Below, one piece after another: positions 1 to 13,070 of a stretch of 64,000 nucleotides of DNA. Under the pieces are notes generated by a model. The model saw only the letters and a program-made list of their open reading frames with translations, had not been told where the DNA came from and searched no databases. Each line of letters opens with the position of its first letter. Within the stretch, counting starts at the first letter, position 1. The stretch is from Escherichia coli (lineage in GTDB: Bacteria; Pseudomonadota; Gammaproteobacteria; Enterobacterales; Enterobacteriaceae), in assembly GCF_050920415.1 (NCBI RefSeq), contig NZ_CP169309.1; one strand, written 5' to 3'. A program made the translations under genes and the position numbers.

Positions 1-232
1 GAGCAATCGCCTCGCGCAAGGCCTGCACGCCAGTCATAGGCGCGTATTGGTTTGCTCCCTGGGCAACGTGGTACGCCAGCCGTTCCTGCAAATAGCGCGG
101 ACCATCAAAATCAGGAAAGCCTTGTGACAGGTTAATCGCCTGGTGTTGCTGCGCCAGTGCGCTCATCTGGGTGAAAATAGTGGTGCCAAGTTGTGGAAGT
201 TTGCTTTGTGGAATCAGAGGGTTATTTGTCAT
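1..232 (-). CDS. ybdL: methionine aminotransferase YbdL, N-terminal portion (gene continues beyond window start)
   Basis: Reverse-strand translation from the ATG at 230-232 reads MTNNPLIPQSKLPQLGTTIFTQMSALAQQHQAINLSQGFPDFDGP, a recognisable PLP-aminotransferase N-terminus; truncated by the window edge. Confidence 0.8.
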   Translation of the reverse strand, partial: MTNNPLIPQSKLPQLGTTIFTQMSALAQQHQAINLSQGFPDFDGPRYLQERLAYHVAQGANQYAPMTGVQALREAIA

Positions 233-340
233 TTTTATTGTGCCTGACAAAGTTGCGTGTTGAAGCCACTATAACACGATGCTAGTATTTGGCAATCAAG
301 ACGTTTAGATGTCTAAATAAAACAATAAGGACAACACAAC

Positions 341-1429
341 ATGCCTCACAATCCTATCCGCGTCGTCGTTGGCCCTGCTAACTACTTTTCTCATCCCGGC
401 AGTCTCAATCACCTGCATGATTTTTTCACTGATGAACAACTTTCTCGCGCAGTGTGGATCTACGGTGAACGTGCACTTGCCGCGGCGCAAACCAAACTTC
501 CATCGGCGTTTGAACTGCCAAGAGCAAAGCATATTTTGTTTCGCGGTCATTGCAGTGAAAGCAATGTGCAACAACTGGCGGCTGAGTCCGGTGACGATCG
601 CAGCATGGTGATTGGCGTCGGTGGCGGCGCACTGCTCGACACCGCGAAAGCCCTCGCCCGCCGTCTCGGTCTGCCGTTTGTTGCCGTTCCAACGATTGCC
701 GCTACCTGCGCTGCCTGGACACCACTCTCTGTCTGGTACAACGATGCCGGACAGGCGCTACATTATGAGATTTTTGACGACGCCAATTTTATGGTGCTGG
801 TGGAACCGGAGATTATCCTCAATGCGCCGCAAGAATATCTGCTGGCGGGAATCGGTGACACGCTGGCGAAATGGTATGAAGCGGTGGTGCTGGCCCCACA
901 ACCAGAAACGTTGCCACTAACCGTGCGGCTGGGAATCAATAATGCGCAGGTCATTCGCGACGTCTTGTTAAACAGTAGCGAACAGGCGCTTGCCGATCAG
1001 CAAAATCAGCAGTTAACGCAATCATTTTGCGATGTGGTCGATGCGATTATCGCCGGAGGCGGAATGGTCGGTGGTCTGGGCGATCGTTTTACGCGTGTGG
1101 CGGCGGCCCATGCCGTGCATAACGGTCTGACTGTACTGCCACAAACCGAGAAGTTTCTCCACGGCACCAAAGTCGCCTACGGAATTCTGGTGCAAAGCGC
1201 CTTGCTGGGTCAGGATGATGTGCTGGCGCAATTAACCGGGGCGTATCAGCGTTTTCATCTGCCGACTACGCTGGCGGAGCTGGAAGTGGATATCAATAAT
1301 CAGGTGGAGATTGACAAAATGATTGCCCACACCCTACGTCCGGTGGAATCCATTCATTATCTGCCAGTCACGCTGACACCAGATACTTTGCGTGCTGCGT
1401 TCGAAAAAGTGGAATCGTTTAAAGCCTGA
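341..1429 (+). CDS. ybdH: iron-containing alcohol/glycerol dehydrogenase family protein (hydroxycarboxylate dehydrogenase YbdH/HcxA)
   Basis: 362-aa ORF; GGGxxxD-type NAD-binding motif (VIGVGGGALLDTAKA) typical of the glycerol dehydrogenase family; position next to ybdL/ybdD/cstA as in E. coli. Confidence 0.85.
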   Translation: MPHNPIRVVVGPANYFSHPGSLNHLHDFFTDEQLSRAVWIYGERALAAAQTKLPSAFELPRAKHILFRGHCSESNVQQLAAESGDDRSMVIGVGGGALLDTAKALARRLGLPFVAVPTIAATCAAWTPLSVWYNDAGQALHYEIFDDANFMVLVEPEIILNAPQEYLLAGIGDTLAKWYEAVVLAPQPETLPLTVRLGINNAQVIRDVLLNSSEQALADQQNQQLTQSFCDVVDAIIAGGGMVGGLGDRFTRVAAAHAVHNGLTVLPQTEKFLHGTKVAYGILVQSALLGQDDVLAQLTGAYQRFHLPTTLAELEVDINNQVEIDKMIAHTLRPVESIHYLPVTLTPDTLRAAFEKVESFKA

Positions 1430-1438
1430 CGTACAAAT

Positions 1439-1639
1439 TTAGCAGCAGCGCGCGCCGCCTTTTCCACCGTAGCGCGCGTCCTGCCGCTCACGGAAAAACT
1501 CCTCGTAGGTCATCGGCGTTTGATCGGGATGGTTAACCCGCATATGTTCGACATAGTTGTCGTAATCAGGCATACCAATCATCAGCTTCGCCGCCTGACC
1601 TAAATATTTTCCGGCTTTTGCCAGTGAATCAAACATCAA
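1439..1639 (-). CDS. ybdD: small DUF466-family protein YbdD (CstA partner)
   Basis: 66-aa [52 protein letters not shown], immediately downstream of cstA on the same strand; true start may be the second Met. Confidence 0.8.
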   Translation of the reverse strand: MMFDSLAKAGKYLGQAAKLMIGMPDYDNYVEHMRVNHPDQTPMTYEEFFRERQDARYGGKGGARCC

Positions 1640-1689
1640 TACCTCCGGTAATCAGGTTGCTGAGAGAGTGCATTAATAGCTATCAACGC

Positions 1690-1775
1690 GCTCGGTCAGT
1701 CCCCTCGCCCCACCAGGGAGAGGGTTAGGGTGAGGGGGAACCCCAGGCACTACGCCAACATCCCCCTCACTCTGA
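1690..1775. repeat. GC-rich extragenic inverted-repeat element between cstA and ybdD
   Basis: Arms gggtgaggggg (about 1728-1738) and ccccctcac (about 1762-1770) are reverse complements, embedded in a run ccctcgccccaccagggagagggttagggtgaggggg; class not assigned. Confidence 0.35.
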
Positions 1776-1777
1776 CT

Positions 1778-3883
1778 TTAGTGCGCGCCTTTCGCCTGCG
1801 CCACGATCTCCTCGACATTTTCCGGCATTGGCTCATACGGCGTTTCTTTCGCCGTTGGCTTCGGCTCTTTCAATGCCGCCAGTGCCGTCTTAATCGAGAA
1901 CAGTGCCAGAACCACCACAACCACCATAAAGAAGATGGTTAATCCGGCATCCAGACGGTTGTTGAACACCAGTTGCGCCAGTTGTGACTCAGTATACTGC
2001 GACGGAATATTGCCGCTGTCGATCATTGCCTGGAACTTGTTAGCAATCGCCAGGAAACCGACTTTCGCATCCGGGCTAAACGCTTTCTGCCAGCCTGCGG
2101 TCAGGGTACAAATCAGCAGCCAGGCCGTTGGTACCAGCGCCACCCAGGCGTAACGTTGACGTTTCATCTTGAACAACACCACGGCACAGAGCATCAGCGC
2201 CATCCCTGCCAGCATCTGGTTGGCAATACCAAACAGCGGCCACAGAGTGTTAATACCGCCCAGCGGATCGACCACGCCCTGATGCAGAAAGTAACCCCAA
2301 GCCAGCACGCACAGCGCCGTTGCCAGCAGGTTAGCAGGCAGTGAATCGGTCCGTTTCAGGCCCGGAGAAACCACGCCCAGCAGATCCTGCAACATAAAGC
2401 GCGCAGCACGCGTACCCGCATCCACCGCCGTCAGAATAAACAGTGCTTCAAACAGAATGGCGAAGTGATACCAGAACGCCACATCCATCATGCCACCCAG
2501 CGCGCCGTGCAGAATGTAGGCCATCCCCACCGCCAGGGTCGGCGCACCGCCCGCACGGGAAATGATCGACTGTTCACCCACTTCGCTGGCAATCTGATTT
2601 AACGTATCTGGCGTAATGCTAAAGCCCCAGCTACTCACTACCTGCGCAGCAGATGCCACTACATCCGCCGTCCCCGCCGGAGCCAGCACCGCCATCGGAC
2701 TGTTCATCGCGAAGTACACGCCCGGATCGATGATACAGGCAGAAACCAGTGCCATAATCGCCACGAAGGATTCCATCAACATCCCACCGTAGCCGATAAA
2801 GCACGCCTGACCTTCGTTCGCCAGCATCTTCGGTGTGGTGCCGGAAGAGATCAGCGCATGGAAGCCAGACACCGCGCCACAGGCGATAGTAATAAACAGG
2901 AACGGGAACAGATTACCGGTCCATACCGGGCCAGTGCCATCTACAAACTTGGTCAGCGCAGGCATGGTCAGCGTCGGACGCATAATCAAAATGCCTACCG
3001 CCAGACCGACGATAGTCCCGATTTTCAGGAAGGTAGAGAGGTAGTCACGCGGAGCCAGCAGCAACCACACCGGCAGAACCGCCGCCACAAAACCGTAACC
3101 CACCAGCATCCAGGTCAGCTGCACGCCGGTAAAGTCAAAGTACGGTGCCCAAGTCGGGCTTTCTGCCACCCAGCCGCCAGAGATAATGGCGAAAATAAGG
3201 AATACCAGGCCAATCACCGACACTTCCCCAATGCGGCCTGGACGCAGATAGCGCAGGTAAATCCCCATGAACAGCGCCAGCGGAATGGTGAACGCAACGG
3301 TATACGTTCCCCACGGGCTATGAGTCAGGGCTTTCACCACGATCATCGCCAGTACTGCAAGGATAATGACCATGATCATAAAGCAGGCCACCAGCGCAAT
3401 CACCCCGGCGGTTGGCCCCATCTCTTCTTTAACCAGCTCGCCCAGCGAGCGACCGTCACGGCGCGTGGAAACAAACAGCACCATGAAATCCTGCACCGCA
3501 CCGGCGAGAACCACCCCGGCAAGTAGCCAGATCATCCCCGGTAGGTAGCCCATTTGCGCCGCCAGTACCGGCCCCACCAACGGGCCTGCTCCGGCAATGG
3601 CCGCAAAATGGTGACCGAACAGCACTTTCTTGTCCGTCGGCACATAGTCCAGCCCGTCGTTATGGCGCACCGCTGGCGTCATACGCGTCGGGTCAACCGC
3701 CAATACATTTTTGGCAATATAAAGACCATAAAAACGGTAAGCGATCAGATAGATACAGACCGACGCCACCACAATCCACAGCGCGTTGATCTGTTCCCCA
3801 CGATTTAAAGCAATGTATCCCAGAGCAAATGCTCCCATTACAGAGAGCACTGTCCAGACGAGGTATTTCCCTGATTTGTTCAT
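1778..3883 (-). CDS. cstA: carbon starvation protein A (peptide/pyruvate transporter CstA)
   Basis: 701-aa polytopic membrane ORF with the characteristic CstA N-terminus MNKSGKYLVWTVLSVMGAFALGYIALNRGEQINALWIVVASVCIYLIAYRFYG. Confidence 0.92.
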   Translation of the reverse strand: MNKSGKYLVWTVLSVMGAFALGYIALNRGEQINALWIVVASVCIYLIAYRFYGLYIAKNVLAVDPTRMTPAVRHNDGLDYVPTDKKVLFGHHFAAIAGAGPLVGPVLAAQMGYLPGMIWLLAGVVLAGAVQDFMVLFVSTRRDGRSLGELVKEEMGPTAGVIALVACFMIMVIILAVLAMIVVKALTHSPWGTYTVAFTIPLALFMGIYLRYLRPGRIGEVSVIGLVFLIFAIISGGWVAESPTWAPYFDFTGVQLTWMLVGYGFVAAVLPVWLLLAPRDYLSTFLKIGTIVGLAVGILIMRPTLTMPALTKFVDGTGPVWTGNLFPFLFITIACGAVSGFHALISSGTTPKMLANEGQACFIGYGGMLMESFVAIMALVSACIIDPGVYFAMNSPMAVLAPAGTADVVASAAQVVSSWGFSITPDTLNQIASEVGEQSIISRAGGAPTLAVGMAYILHGALGGMMDVAFWYHFAILFEALFILTAVDAGTRAARFMLQDLLGVVSPGLKRTDSLPANLLATALCVLAWGYFLHQGVVDPLGGINTLWPLFGIANQMLAGMALMLCAVVLFKMKRQRYAWVALVPTAWLLICTLTAGWQKAFSPDAKVGFLAIANKFQAMIDSGNIPSQYTESQLAQLVFNNRLDAGLTIFFMVVVVVLALFSIKTALAALKEPKPTAKETPYEPMPENVEEIVAQAKGAH

Positions 3884-4194
3884 AGTTGTTATCCGTGTGC
3901 GTGTCCATAGAGATGTTACATTTTGTTTCTATATCAGCAGATTTTATTTAACAACCAAGAAACCAATGCGCACAACAAAAACACCTCATATTTACATCAC
4001 ATTGTTAACGAGATCACTTTAGTCGCGAAAAGACGTGTACAATTACGGACAATTGAGAGGGTTGACTCACCAGAGTAGTAACACTACTTATATGCGAAAA
4101 TGCATAGCCGAAATCTATAGTATTCCGCGTCAATGTTATGCAACGCAACTATACGATAGCATGGCTATTTCGTTATATGATAAGGAGTCCTCCC

Positions 4195-4617
4195 ATGAGC
4201 TATGACAAAGCGAAATACCATTTTGACTCGGTTATAGAAGAAGGTTTACCGCTCAGCCAGGCATACATCCATACTGGTTTTTATTTAGGTTGGTTGATTG
4301 ATAATAACTTGTTGGACGAGGAGTTTAAGGAAGATCTCGCTGAATCTCTTGCCCTCTTTACGCGCAGAGAAATAACAGCCCCTCAGCTTTTTGAAGAATT
4401 CGATGGTACTTTGACCGATGAAGAACTTTCGACCCAAGGAAACGCCTTTACTAAACATTATTTTGATTTTGATACAGGCGATTATCTCGAAGACTACTGC
4501 ACCCATCTTGTCAAAGATCTTCCCAGCGAATTCCATGTAAAAGACACATGGGAAAACTATAAAATCGCAGCGAGTTTCATATCCAGACGCTATCAGGAAT
4601 GGCTACAGAACCAATAG
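4195..4617 (+). CDS. hypothetical acidic protein, unknown function (strain-variable insertion between cstA and entH)
   Basis: ORF in the 4138-4617 frame; probable start ATG 4195 preceded by taaggag Shine-Dalgarno (4181-4187); 140 aa MSYDKAKYHFDSVIEEG; surrounding DNA visibly AT-rich; no homolog recognised by eye. Confidence 0.5.
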   Translation: MSYDKAKYHFDSVIEEGLPLSQAYIHTGFYLGWLIDNNLLDEEFKEDLAESLALFTRREITAPQLFEEFDGTLTDEELSTQGNAFTKHYFDFDTGDYLEDYCTHLVKDLPSEFHVKDTWENYKIAASFISRRYQEWLQNQ

Positions 4618-4685
4618 TCTCACCCTCTGCACATATTTTTCCGGGTAGCGCTTTCACTTACCAGGCCAACAAATTCTCGCGAATC

Positions 4686-4715
4686 GTAGGCCTGATAAGC
4701 GAAGCGCATCAGGCA
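4686..4715. repeat. REP (repetitive extragenic palindrome) element
   Basis: gtaggcctgataagcgaagcgcatcaggca matches the E. coli REP consensus; lies between the 140-aa ORF and entH. Confidence 0.7.
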
Positions 4716-4727
4716 TATTAATCCAAT

Positions 4728-5889
<1,162 letters not shown>

Positions 5890-5890
<1 letters not shown>

Positions 5891-6747
5891 CATTTCACCT
5901 CGCGGGAGAGTAGCTTCCACCAGGCATCGATGGTCGGATTTTTCGCCAGCATGACAAAATCGATATCGCCATGCACTTTGCGCCAGCGCGCCGCCAGCGC
6001 CATCATGCGCACCGAATCCAGACCGTAATCAATTAGGTTGTCGTCATCGAACGGCTCATCGGACTCGTCCAGCAACGGCAGGATCACCTCTCGCAGCGCC
6101 GCTTTGGTTGAAGGGATCGGTGCAGGCAATAGTTCTTCGGTCATCACCACCCGGCCAGAACGCCCGGCTACATATTTCAGCGACATCAAATGCTCGTCAC
6201 GACTGAAATCGGCCAGCGCATCCGCCACCATAAACGGTTTAATATCGCGCATAAATGCGTCGGTTGCGGTGGTCATACAGCCAATGTGGGCGTACACCCC
6301 GGTAATAATCAGCTGGTTACGTCCACTCTCTTTGAGCATTTGTTCCAGCGGAGAACGATGAAACGCGCTGTAGCGCCACTTCACCAGCACCGTGTCGTCG
6401 GCATCTGGCGTCAGGCGATCCACCACCTTTTGCTGTTCCGGTGAACGGGTCAGGCCCGGCCCCCACATATCATTCAACAGCGCCCGATCTTCATCGCTCT
6501 GCTCTTTCGGCTGGGCGGTGTAATAAACCGGAATATTGTGCTGTTTGCAGTAGTCGCGTAGTGCCGCAATATTCGCGATCACCTGCTCCATCATCGGGCA
6601 GTTCTCGCCCCAGAAGCTAACAAAATAGTCCTGCATATCATGGATTAACAACGCGGCACGTTGCGGCTCAAAGGCCCAGTTGACTTTATTGTGCGGAATA
6701 TCGTGAGACTCCGGCAGTGCGTAAGCCTGTAATTTTGGAATAGCCAT
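5890..6747 (-). CDS. entB: isochorismatase / aryl carrier protein EntB
   Basis: 285-aa ORF MAIPKLQAYALPESHDIPHNKVNWAFEPQRAALLIHDMQDYF; C-terminal carrier-domain motif LIDYGLDSVRMMAL (phosphopantetheine site Ser). Confidence 0.93.
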
Positions 6748-6760
6748 CGTGTTCTCTCCT

Positions 6761-8371
6761 TCAGGCTGATGCGCGTGACGCCAGCCACTGACGTAATTGT
6801 TTTTTATCGACTTTCCCGACCGCCGTCAGCGGAAGTGAATCTACACACTCCACGCGATCCGGTAATTTAAATTCGGCAATACCCTGTTCACGCAGGAAAC
6901 GACGCACCTGCACCGCACGCAGTGGTTCTTTTACCACCAGATAAGCACAGCTTTTTTCGCCCATCAGCTCATCTTCCATACTCACCAGTGCGGCGTAGAT
7001 CACCGCCGGATGGCGCAGTAACAGGTTTTCGATCTCTTCGGCAGCGATCTTCTCGCCGCCACGGTTGATCTGATCTTTCTCGCGCCCCTGCACGGTGATG
7101 TACCCCTCTGGATCAATAGAGATCAGATCGCCGGAACAGTAAAAACCGTTGGCATCAAAGGCGCTGGCATTGTGCTGTGGACTTTTGTAATAGCCGCGGA
7201 AGGTGTACGGCCCGCGCGTCATCAGGCGTCCAACCTCCCCTTGCGGCAGTGGATTTCCGTCAGCATCGGCAACCCACACTTCATCATCCGGACACATTGG
7301 ATAGCCCTGGGTATGGATAATTTTTTCCGCGCTATCATCAAGACGGGTGTAGTTCACCAGCCCTTCCGCCATGCCGAATACCTGCTGTAACTGGCAGCCA
7401 ATCTCTGCGGGAATACGCGCCGCAAGCGTGGCAGAAAGACGTGCGCCACCGACCTGTAACAGTTTCAGCGAGGCAAGCTGCGCCCGGCTTTCACCTTCGG
7501 TCAGCGCCTGTAACCACAGGCTGACTGCTGGTGGCACCAGCGCGGTGACGTTCACCTGATGTTTTGCAATCAATGGGAAGCAGAGCGTGGCGCTGGGGTC
7601 GGCAGCCAGAGCGACCGTGCCGCCAGCGAGAAAGACGCCCAGCGATCCTGGCGAACTCATGGCGTAGTTGTGGGCCGCAGGAATCGCGCACAGGTAGCGT
7701 GTCTGTTGCGTGAACTGACAAATCTCGACGCTACGACGTACGCTGTAGTAATAGTCATTGTGAGTGCGTGGGATCAGTTTCGGTGTGCCGGTGGTACCGC
7801 CGGAGAGCTGAAAATAGGCCACTTCATCGGCAGGTGACGGTGTGGCAGTAAAATCCTCTGCAGGATGGTTAATCGCATCCTGCAAGTTATGCTCACCGCT
7901 GTCGTTCAGCAGCTGCACCACGCGAATGGAAGAATGCTCTGCAACAAATGTGTTGAGGAAATCATCCCCGCTAAATAGCGCATGTTGGCGATCGGCAATC
8001 AGTAACGCCGGTTCAATCTGGCTGGCATAGGCGTTCAGTTCACTACGCTGATGGCTGAACAGCGCGAGCACCGGCGCAACGCCCAATTTTAGCAGTGCGA
8101 AAAAGGTAATATACAATTCAGCGACGTTACCCAGTTGTACCAGTGCGGTTTCACCGGGTTTAATGCCCTGACGACGCAAGCTACAGGCGAGATTATCCGC
8201 CGCCTGATTCAGTTTCCGGTAACTCAACTGACGCTCGCCGTCGATGACCGCGATGCTGTCGCTTGCGGCATGACGGGTCAGAATGTCGGTCAGCGGCAAA
8301 TCCTGCCAGTAGCCTTTTTCCCGATAGCGACGGGCAAACTCTTCCGGCCAGCGGGTGAATGAAATGCTCAT
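6761..8371 (-). CDS. entE: 2,3-dihydroxybenzoate-AMP ligase EntE (adenylation enzyme)
   Basis: 536-aa [27 protein letters not shown]; adenylate-forming motifs SGGTTGTPK and YRTGD-like [11 protein letters not shown]. Confidence 0.93.
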   Translation of the reverse strand: MSISFTRWPEEFARRYREKGYWQDLPLTDILTRHAASDSIAVIDGERQLSYRKLNQAADNLACSLRRQGIKPGETALVQLGNVAELYITFFALLKLGVAPVLALFSHQRSELNAYASQIEPALLIADRQHALFSGDDFLNTFVAEHSSIRVVQLLNDSGEHNLQDAINHPAEDFTATPSPADEVAYFQLSGGTTGTPKLIPRTHNDYYYSVRRSVEICQFTQQTRYLCAIPAAHNYAMSSPGSLGVFLAGGTVALAADPSATLCFPLIAKHQVNVTALVPPAVSLWLQALTEGESRAQLASLKLLQVGGARLSATLAARIPAEIGCQLQQVFGMAEGLVNYTRLDDSAEKIIHTQGYPMCPDDEVWVADADGNPLPQGEVGRLMTRGPYTFRGYYKSPQHNASAFDANGFYCSGDLISIDPEGYITVQGREKDQINRGGEKIAAEEIENLLLRHPAVIYAALVSMEDELMGEKSCAYLVVKEPLRAVQVRRFLREQGIAEFKLPDRVECVDSLPLTAVGKVDKKQLRQWLASRASA

Positions 8372-8380
8372 CCTCGCTCC

Positions 8381-9556
<1,176 letters not shown>

Positions 9557-9584
9557 ATCATCCTCCACAAAATGATAAAGGCTT

Positions 9585-9603
9585 TAATAATGATTATCAT
9601 TTA
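9585..9603. promoter_or_regulatory. Fur box in the divergent entC / fepB promoter region
   Basis: taataatgattatcattta closely matches the Fur consensus GATAATGATAATCATTATC; located between the divergent entC and fepB starts. Confidence 0.75.
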
Positions 9604-9744
9604 TATTTTCGGTCGCTAACCTAAAAGCAAACGAGCACTATGTCAACTCTTGAGGTAACGCAATCTGCAAGTCGGGGTTGCATCTGCTTGTGGTTACAAT
9701 GAAAATGAGAAGCATTAACTTCATTAATAACAGGAAGCTGATTT

Positions 9745-10701
9745 GTGAGACTCGCCCCGCTCTACCGCAACGCCCTTCTTTTAACCGGAATTTTGCTTTC
9801 AGGAATATCCGCAGTTCAGGCTGCCGACTGGCCGCGTCAGATTACTGACAGTCGTGGTACTCATACCCTGGAAAGCCAGCCGCAGCGTATTGTTTCCACC
9901 AGCGTCACCCTGACCGGCTCACTGCTGGCGATTGATGCACCAGTGATCGCCAGCGGCGCGACCACGCCGAATAACCGCGTAGCGGATGACCAGGGTTTTT
10001 TACGCCAGTGGAGCAAGGTAGCGAAAGAACGCAAACTGCAACGTCTCTATATCGGCGAACCGAACGCCGAAGCAGTAGCCGCACAAATGCCGGATCTGAT
10101 TTTAATTAGCGCGACTGGCGGCGATTCAGCGCTGGCGCTATACGATCAGCTTTCCACTATCGCACCAACGTTAATCATCAATTACGACGATAAAAGCTGG
10201 CAGTCGCTGTTAACGCAACTTGGCGAAATTACCGGGCATGAGAAACAAGCGGCAGAGCGGATTGCGCAGTTTGATAAGCAACTGACGGCGGCGAAAGAGC
10301 AAATCAAATTACCGCCGCAGCCGATCACTGCCATTGTCTATACCGCCGCCGCGCACAGTGCCAATCTCTGGACAGCTGAATCAGCACAAGGACAGATGCT
10401 GGAACAACTCGGCTTTACGCTGGCCAGGTTGCCCGCAGGCTTAAACGCCAGCCAAAGCCAGGGCAAACGCCATGACATCATTCAGCTTGGTGGGGAAAAT
10501 CTGGCGGCAGGGTTAAATGGCGAGTCGCTATTCCTGTTCGCCGGTGATCAGAAAGACGCCGATGCGATTTATGCCAATCCACTGCTCGCGCACCTGCCTG
10601 CAGTACAAAACAAGCAGGTTTATGCGCTGGGAACCGAGACGTTCCGACTGGATTACTACAGCGCCATGCAAGTGCTGGATCGGCTTAAGGCGCTGTTCTA
10701 A
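9745..10701 (+). CDS. fepB: periplasmic ferric-enterobactin binding protein FepB
   Basis: 318-aa ORF starting at GTG 9745 ([51 protein letters not shown]) with a signal peptide. Confidence 0.92.
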   Translation: MRLAPLYRNALLLTGILLSGISAVQAADWPRQITDSRGTHTLESQPQRIVSTSVTLTGSLLAIDAPVIASGATTPNNRVADDQGFLRQWSKVAKERKLQRLYIGEPNAEAVAAQMPDLILISATGGDSALALYDQLSTIAPTLIINYDDKSWQSLLTQLGEITGHEKQAAERIAQFDKQLTAAKEQIKLPPQPITAIVYTAAAHSANLWTAESAQGQMLEQLGFTLARLPAGLNASQSQGKRHDIIQLGGENLAAGLNGESLFLFAGDQKDADAIYANPLLAHLPAVQNKQVYALGTETFRLDYYSAMQVLDRLKALF

Positions 10702-10704
10702 GCA

Positions 10705-11955
10705 TTAACTGTCAGACGCTGTCACCTGCGGCGGCGTCTGGCGAAAACGACGCAACTCTACCAGTACCAGCAACAACAACACGCCGATAATCAACAAACC
10801 AAAACCACTCGCGCTTGCGGAGGCCACCGGCGTCATCATCGCGCCCAGACCGCCCAACAGCGCTGCGCCTATAGCATCGCCCGTCACGTTTTGTGCCGTC
10901 CACAAACCGTTAATCCGTCCTAACATCGCTTCCGGGGTTTGCGTTTGCAGCATTGTGTATTGCAGCAACGAACTAACCGCGCTCAACCAGCCGAACAGCG
11001 CCAGACAAACCACGCCTAAAATCCACATCGGCATCAGGCCAAACAAACCAATGGCGAGGAACGATCCCAGCGTGGAGAGCAGCATCAATAACCCTGGTCG
11101 CGCGCTATGTGCCAGCTTCCCGCTGGTTAACGCGCCAATAGCTGCACCGAGCGGGATCGCCGCATAGAGAAAACCAATCTGTGCCGCCGACATCTGCCAG
11201 TTGTCAGCCAGCGCCGGATACAGTACCCGTACCGCGCTCGCCATCGTCAATAAACCACCCAGCAGCGCAATCCCTCCCACCAGCGGGCTGGCAAGCAGAA
11301 AACGAAATCCTGCCAGTAATGATTTCAACGGATGCTCACGCGGTTGCGGTGGCGGAGGTAGCGCCGGAAGGCTTAACAACGGTAGCAAGGTAATAAACGT
11401 GCCCGCCGCCGCCAGCCCGTAGTTCCAGGCCACACCGCCAGTCGCCAGCAATAAACCGCCAATCATAGGCGAAATCACCGACCCCAGACGCACGGTCAAC
11501 ATGGTGATAGCCCCGGCCTGCATTAAGTTTTCACGCCCTACCAGTGCAGGTGTCGCCGCCAGTAGCGCCGTAACGCCAAGCGATGCGAAAAAACCATCCC
11601 ATAATCCGAGTAAATAGATTGCCAGCAAAGACGGCTCCGGCAGTAACGCGTTCAGGCACAGACCAATGAAGCCAATGCCACAGGTGCCACGCGCCAGCAA
11701 AATCACTTTTTTGCGCTCATAGCGATCCGCCAGCACACCGCCGACCATCAAGCCGACAAACATCGCCCCGCCGGTCAGCGTCACCGAAAGCCCCACCTGC
11801 CAGGTAGAATGCGTCATCATCTGGATCTGCACCGGCACCGCGACGCCGAGCAAACCCAGAGAAACAATAGAGATAAAACGAGCGAGGAATACTGCGCGAA
11901 ACGCCGGGTGCGTTTTCAACAGGCTGAGGTTAAGCAGCCAGGATTGTTTATTCAT
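10705..11955 (-). CDS. entS: enterobactin exporter EntS (MFS transporter)
   Basis: 416-aa polytopic [48 protein letters not shown]; convergent with fepB, divergent from fepD. Confidence 0.92.
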
Positions 11956-12028
11956 TACAATGCCTTGCCATCAAATATTTTAAATACCTATTCTTAGGCT
12001 GCACATGCTAACATATCCAAATAAGATC

Positions 12029-12053
12029 GATAACGATAATTAATTTCATTATC
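12029..12053. promoter_or_regulatory. Fur box in the divergent entS / fepD promoter region
   Basis: gataacgataattaatttcattatc has overlapping Fur-box hexamers (GATAAT / ATCATT); immediately upstream of fepD. Confidence 0.65.
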
Positions 12054-12065
12054 ATGGAAGTTCGT

Positions 12066-13070
12066 ATGTCTGGTTCTGTTGCCGTGACACGCGCCATTGC
12101 CGTGCCCGGATTGCTGTTATTACTGATTATCGCGACGGCATTAAGCCTGCTCATTGGAGCAAAATCACTCCCCGCTTCCGTAGTGCTGGAGGCCCTCTCC
12201 GGCACCTGCCAGAGCGCCGACTGCACCATCGTGCTCGACGCGCGACTGCCGCGTACCCTTGCCGGTTTACTGGCAGGCGGCGCGCTTGGCCTTGCCGGGG
12301 CGTTAATGCAAACCCTCACCCGAAACCCACTTGCCGACCCCGGCTTGCTTGGCGTGAACGCCGGAGCCAGCTTTGCCATTGTGCTGGGCGCGGTGCTGTT
12401 TGGTTACTCATCCGCGCAGGAACAACTGGCGATGGCCTTCGCCGGTGCGCTGGTGGCCTCGTTGATTGTTGCCTTTACTGGCAGCCAGGGCGGTGGGCAG
12501 TTAAGTCCGGTGCGTTTAACTCTGGCGGGCGTGGCGCTGGCGGCAGTGCTGGAAGGGCTGACCAGCGGAATCGCCCTGCTTAATCCCGACGTCTACGATC
12601 AACTGCGTTTCTGGCAAGCCGGTTCGCTGGATATTCGTAATTTACACACCTTAAAAGTGGTGCTGATCCCTGTGGTGATCGCCGGAGCAACTGCGCTATT
12701 ACTGAGCCGCGCACTGAACAGTTTAAGCCTCGGCAGTGACACCGCGACGGCGCTGGGCAGTCGCGTAGCACGCACGCAGTTGATTGGCCTACTGGCGATT
12801 ACCGTGCTTTGTGGTAGTGCGACGGCGGTAGTTGGCCCGATTGCTTTTATTGGCCTGATGATGCCGCACATGGCACGTTGGTTGGTTGGAGCCGATCATC
12901 GCTGGTCGCTGCCCGTCACGCTGCTCGCCACACCTGCCCTGCTGCTGTTTGCCGATATTATCGGGCGGGTGATTGTTCCCGGCGAACTGCGCGTTTCTGT
13001 AGTCAGTGCCTTTATTGGCGCACCAGTGCTGATCTTCCTTGTACGACGTAAAACGCGAGGTGGCGCATGA
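12066..13070 (+). CDS. fepD: ferric-enterobactin ABC transporter permease FepD
   Basis: ORF frame 12054-13070; recognised start MSGSVAVTRAIAVPGLLLLLIIATALSLLIGAKS at 12066; FecCD-family permease. Confidence 0.9.
   Translation: MSGSVAVTRAIAVPGLLLLLIIATALSLLIGAKSLPASVVLEALSGTCQSADCTIVLDARLPRTLAGLLAGGALGLAGALMQTLTRNPLADPGLLGVNAGASFAIVLGAVLFGYSSAQEQLAMAFAGALVASLIVAFTGSQGGGQLSPVRLTLAGVALAAVLEGLTSGIALLNPDVYDQLRFWQAGSLDIRNLHTLKVVLIPVVIAGATALLLSRALNSLSLGSDTATALGSRVARTQLIGLLAITVLCGSATAVVGPIAFIGLMMPHMARWLVGADHRWSLPVTLLATPALLLFADIIGRVIVPGELRVSVVSAFIGAPVLIFLVRRKTRGGA

Noticed and set aside
2858-3526. 222-aa plus-strand ORF inside cstA
   Set aside because: Antisense to cstA; His/Arg/Gln-rich product typical of spurious ORFs in GC-rich coding DNA.
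3884-4140. CRP site for cstA in the region upstream of cstA
   Set aside because: cstA is known to be cAMP-CRP dependent, but I could not find a convincing TGTGA-N6-TCACA match by eye; left unannotated rather than guessed.
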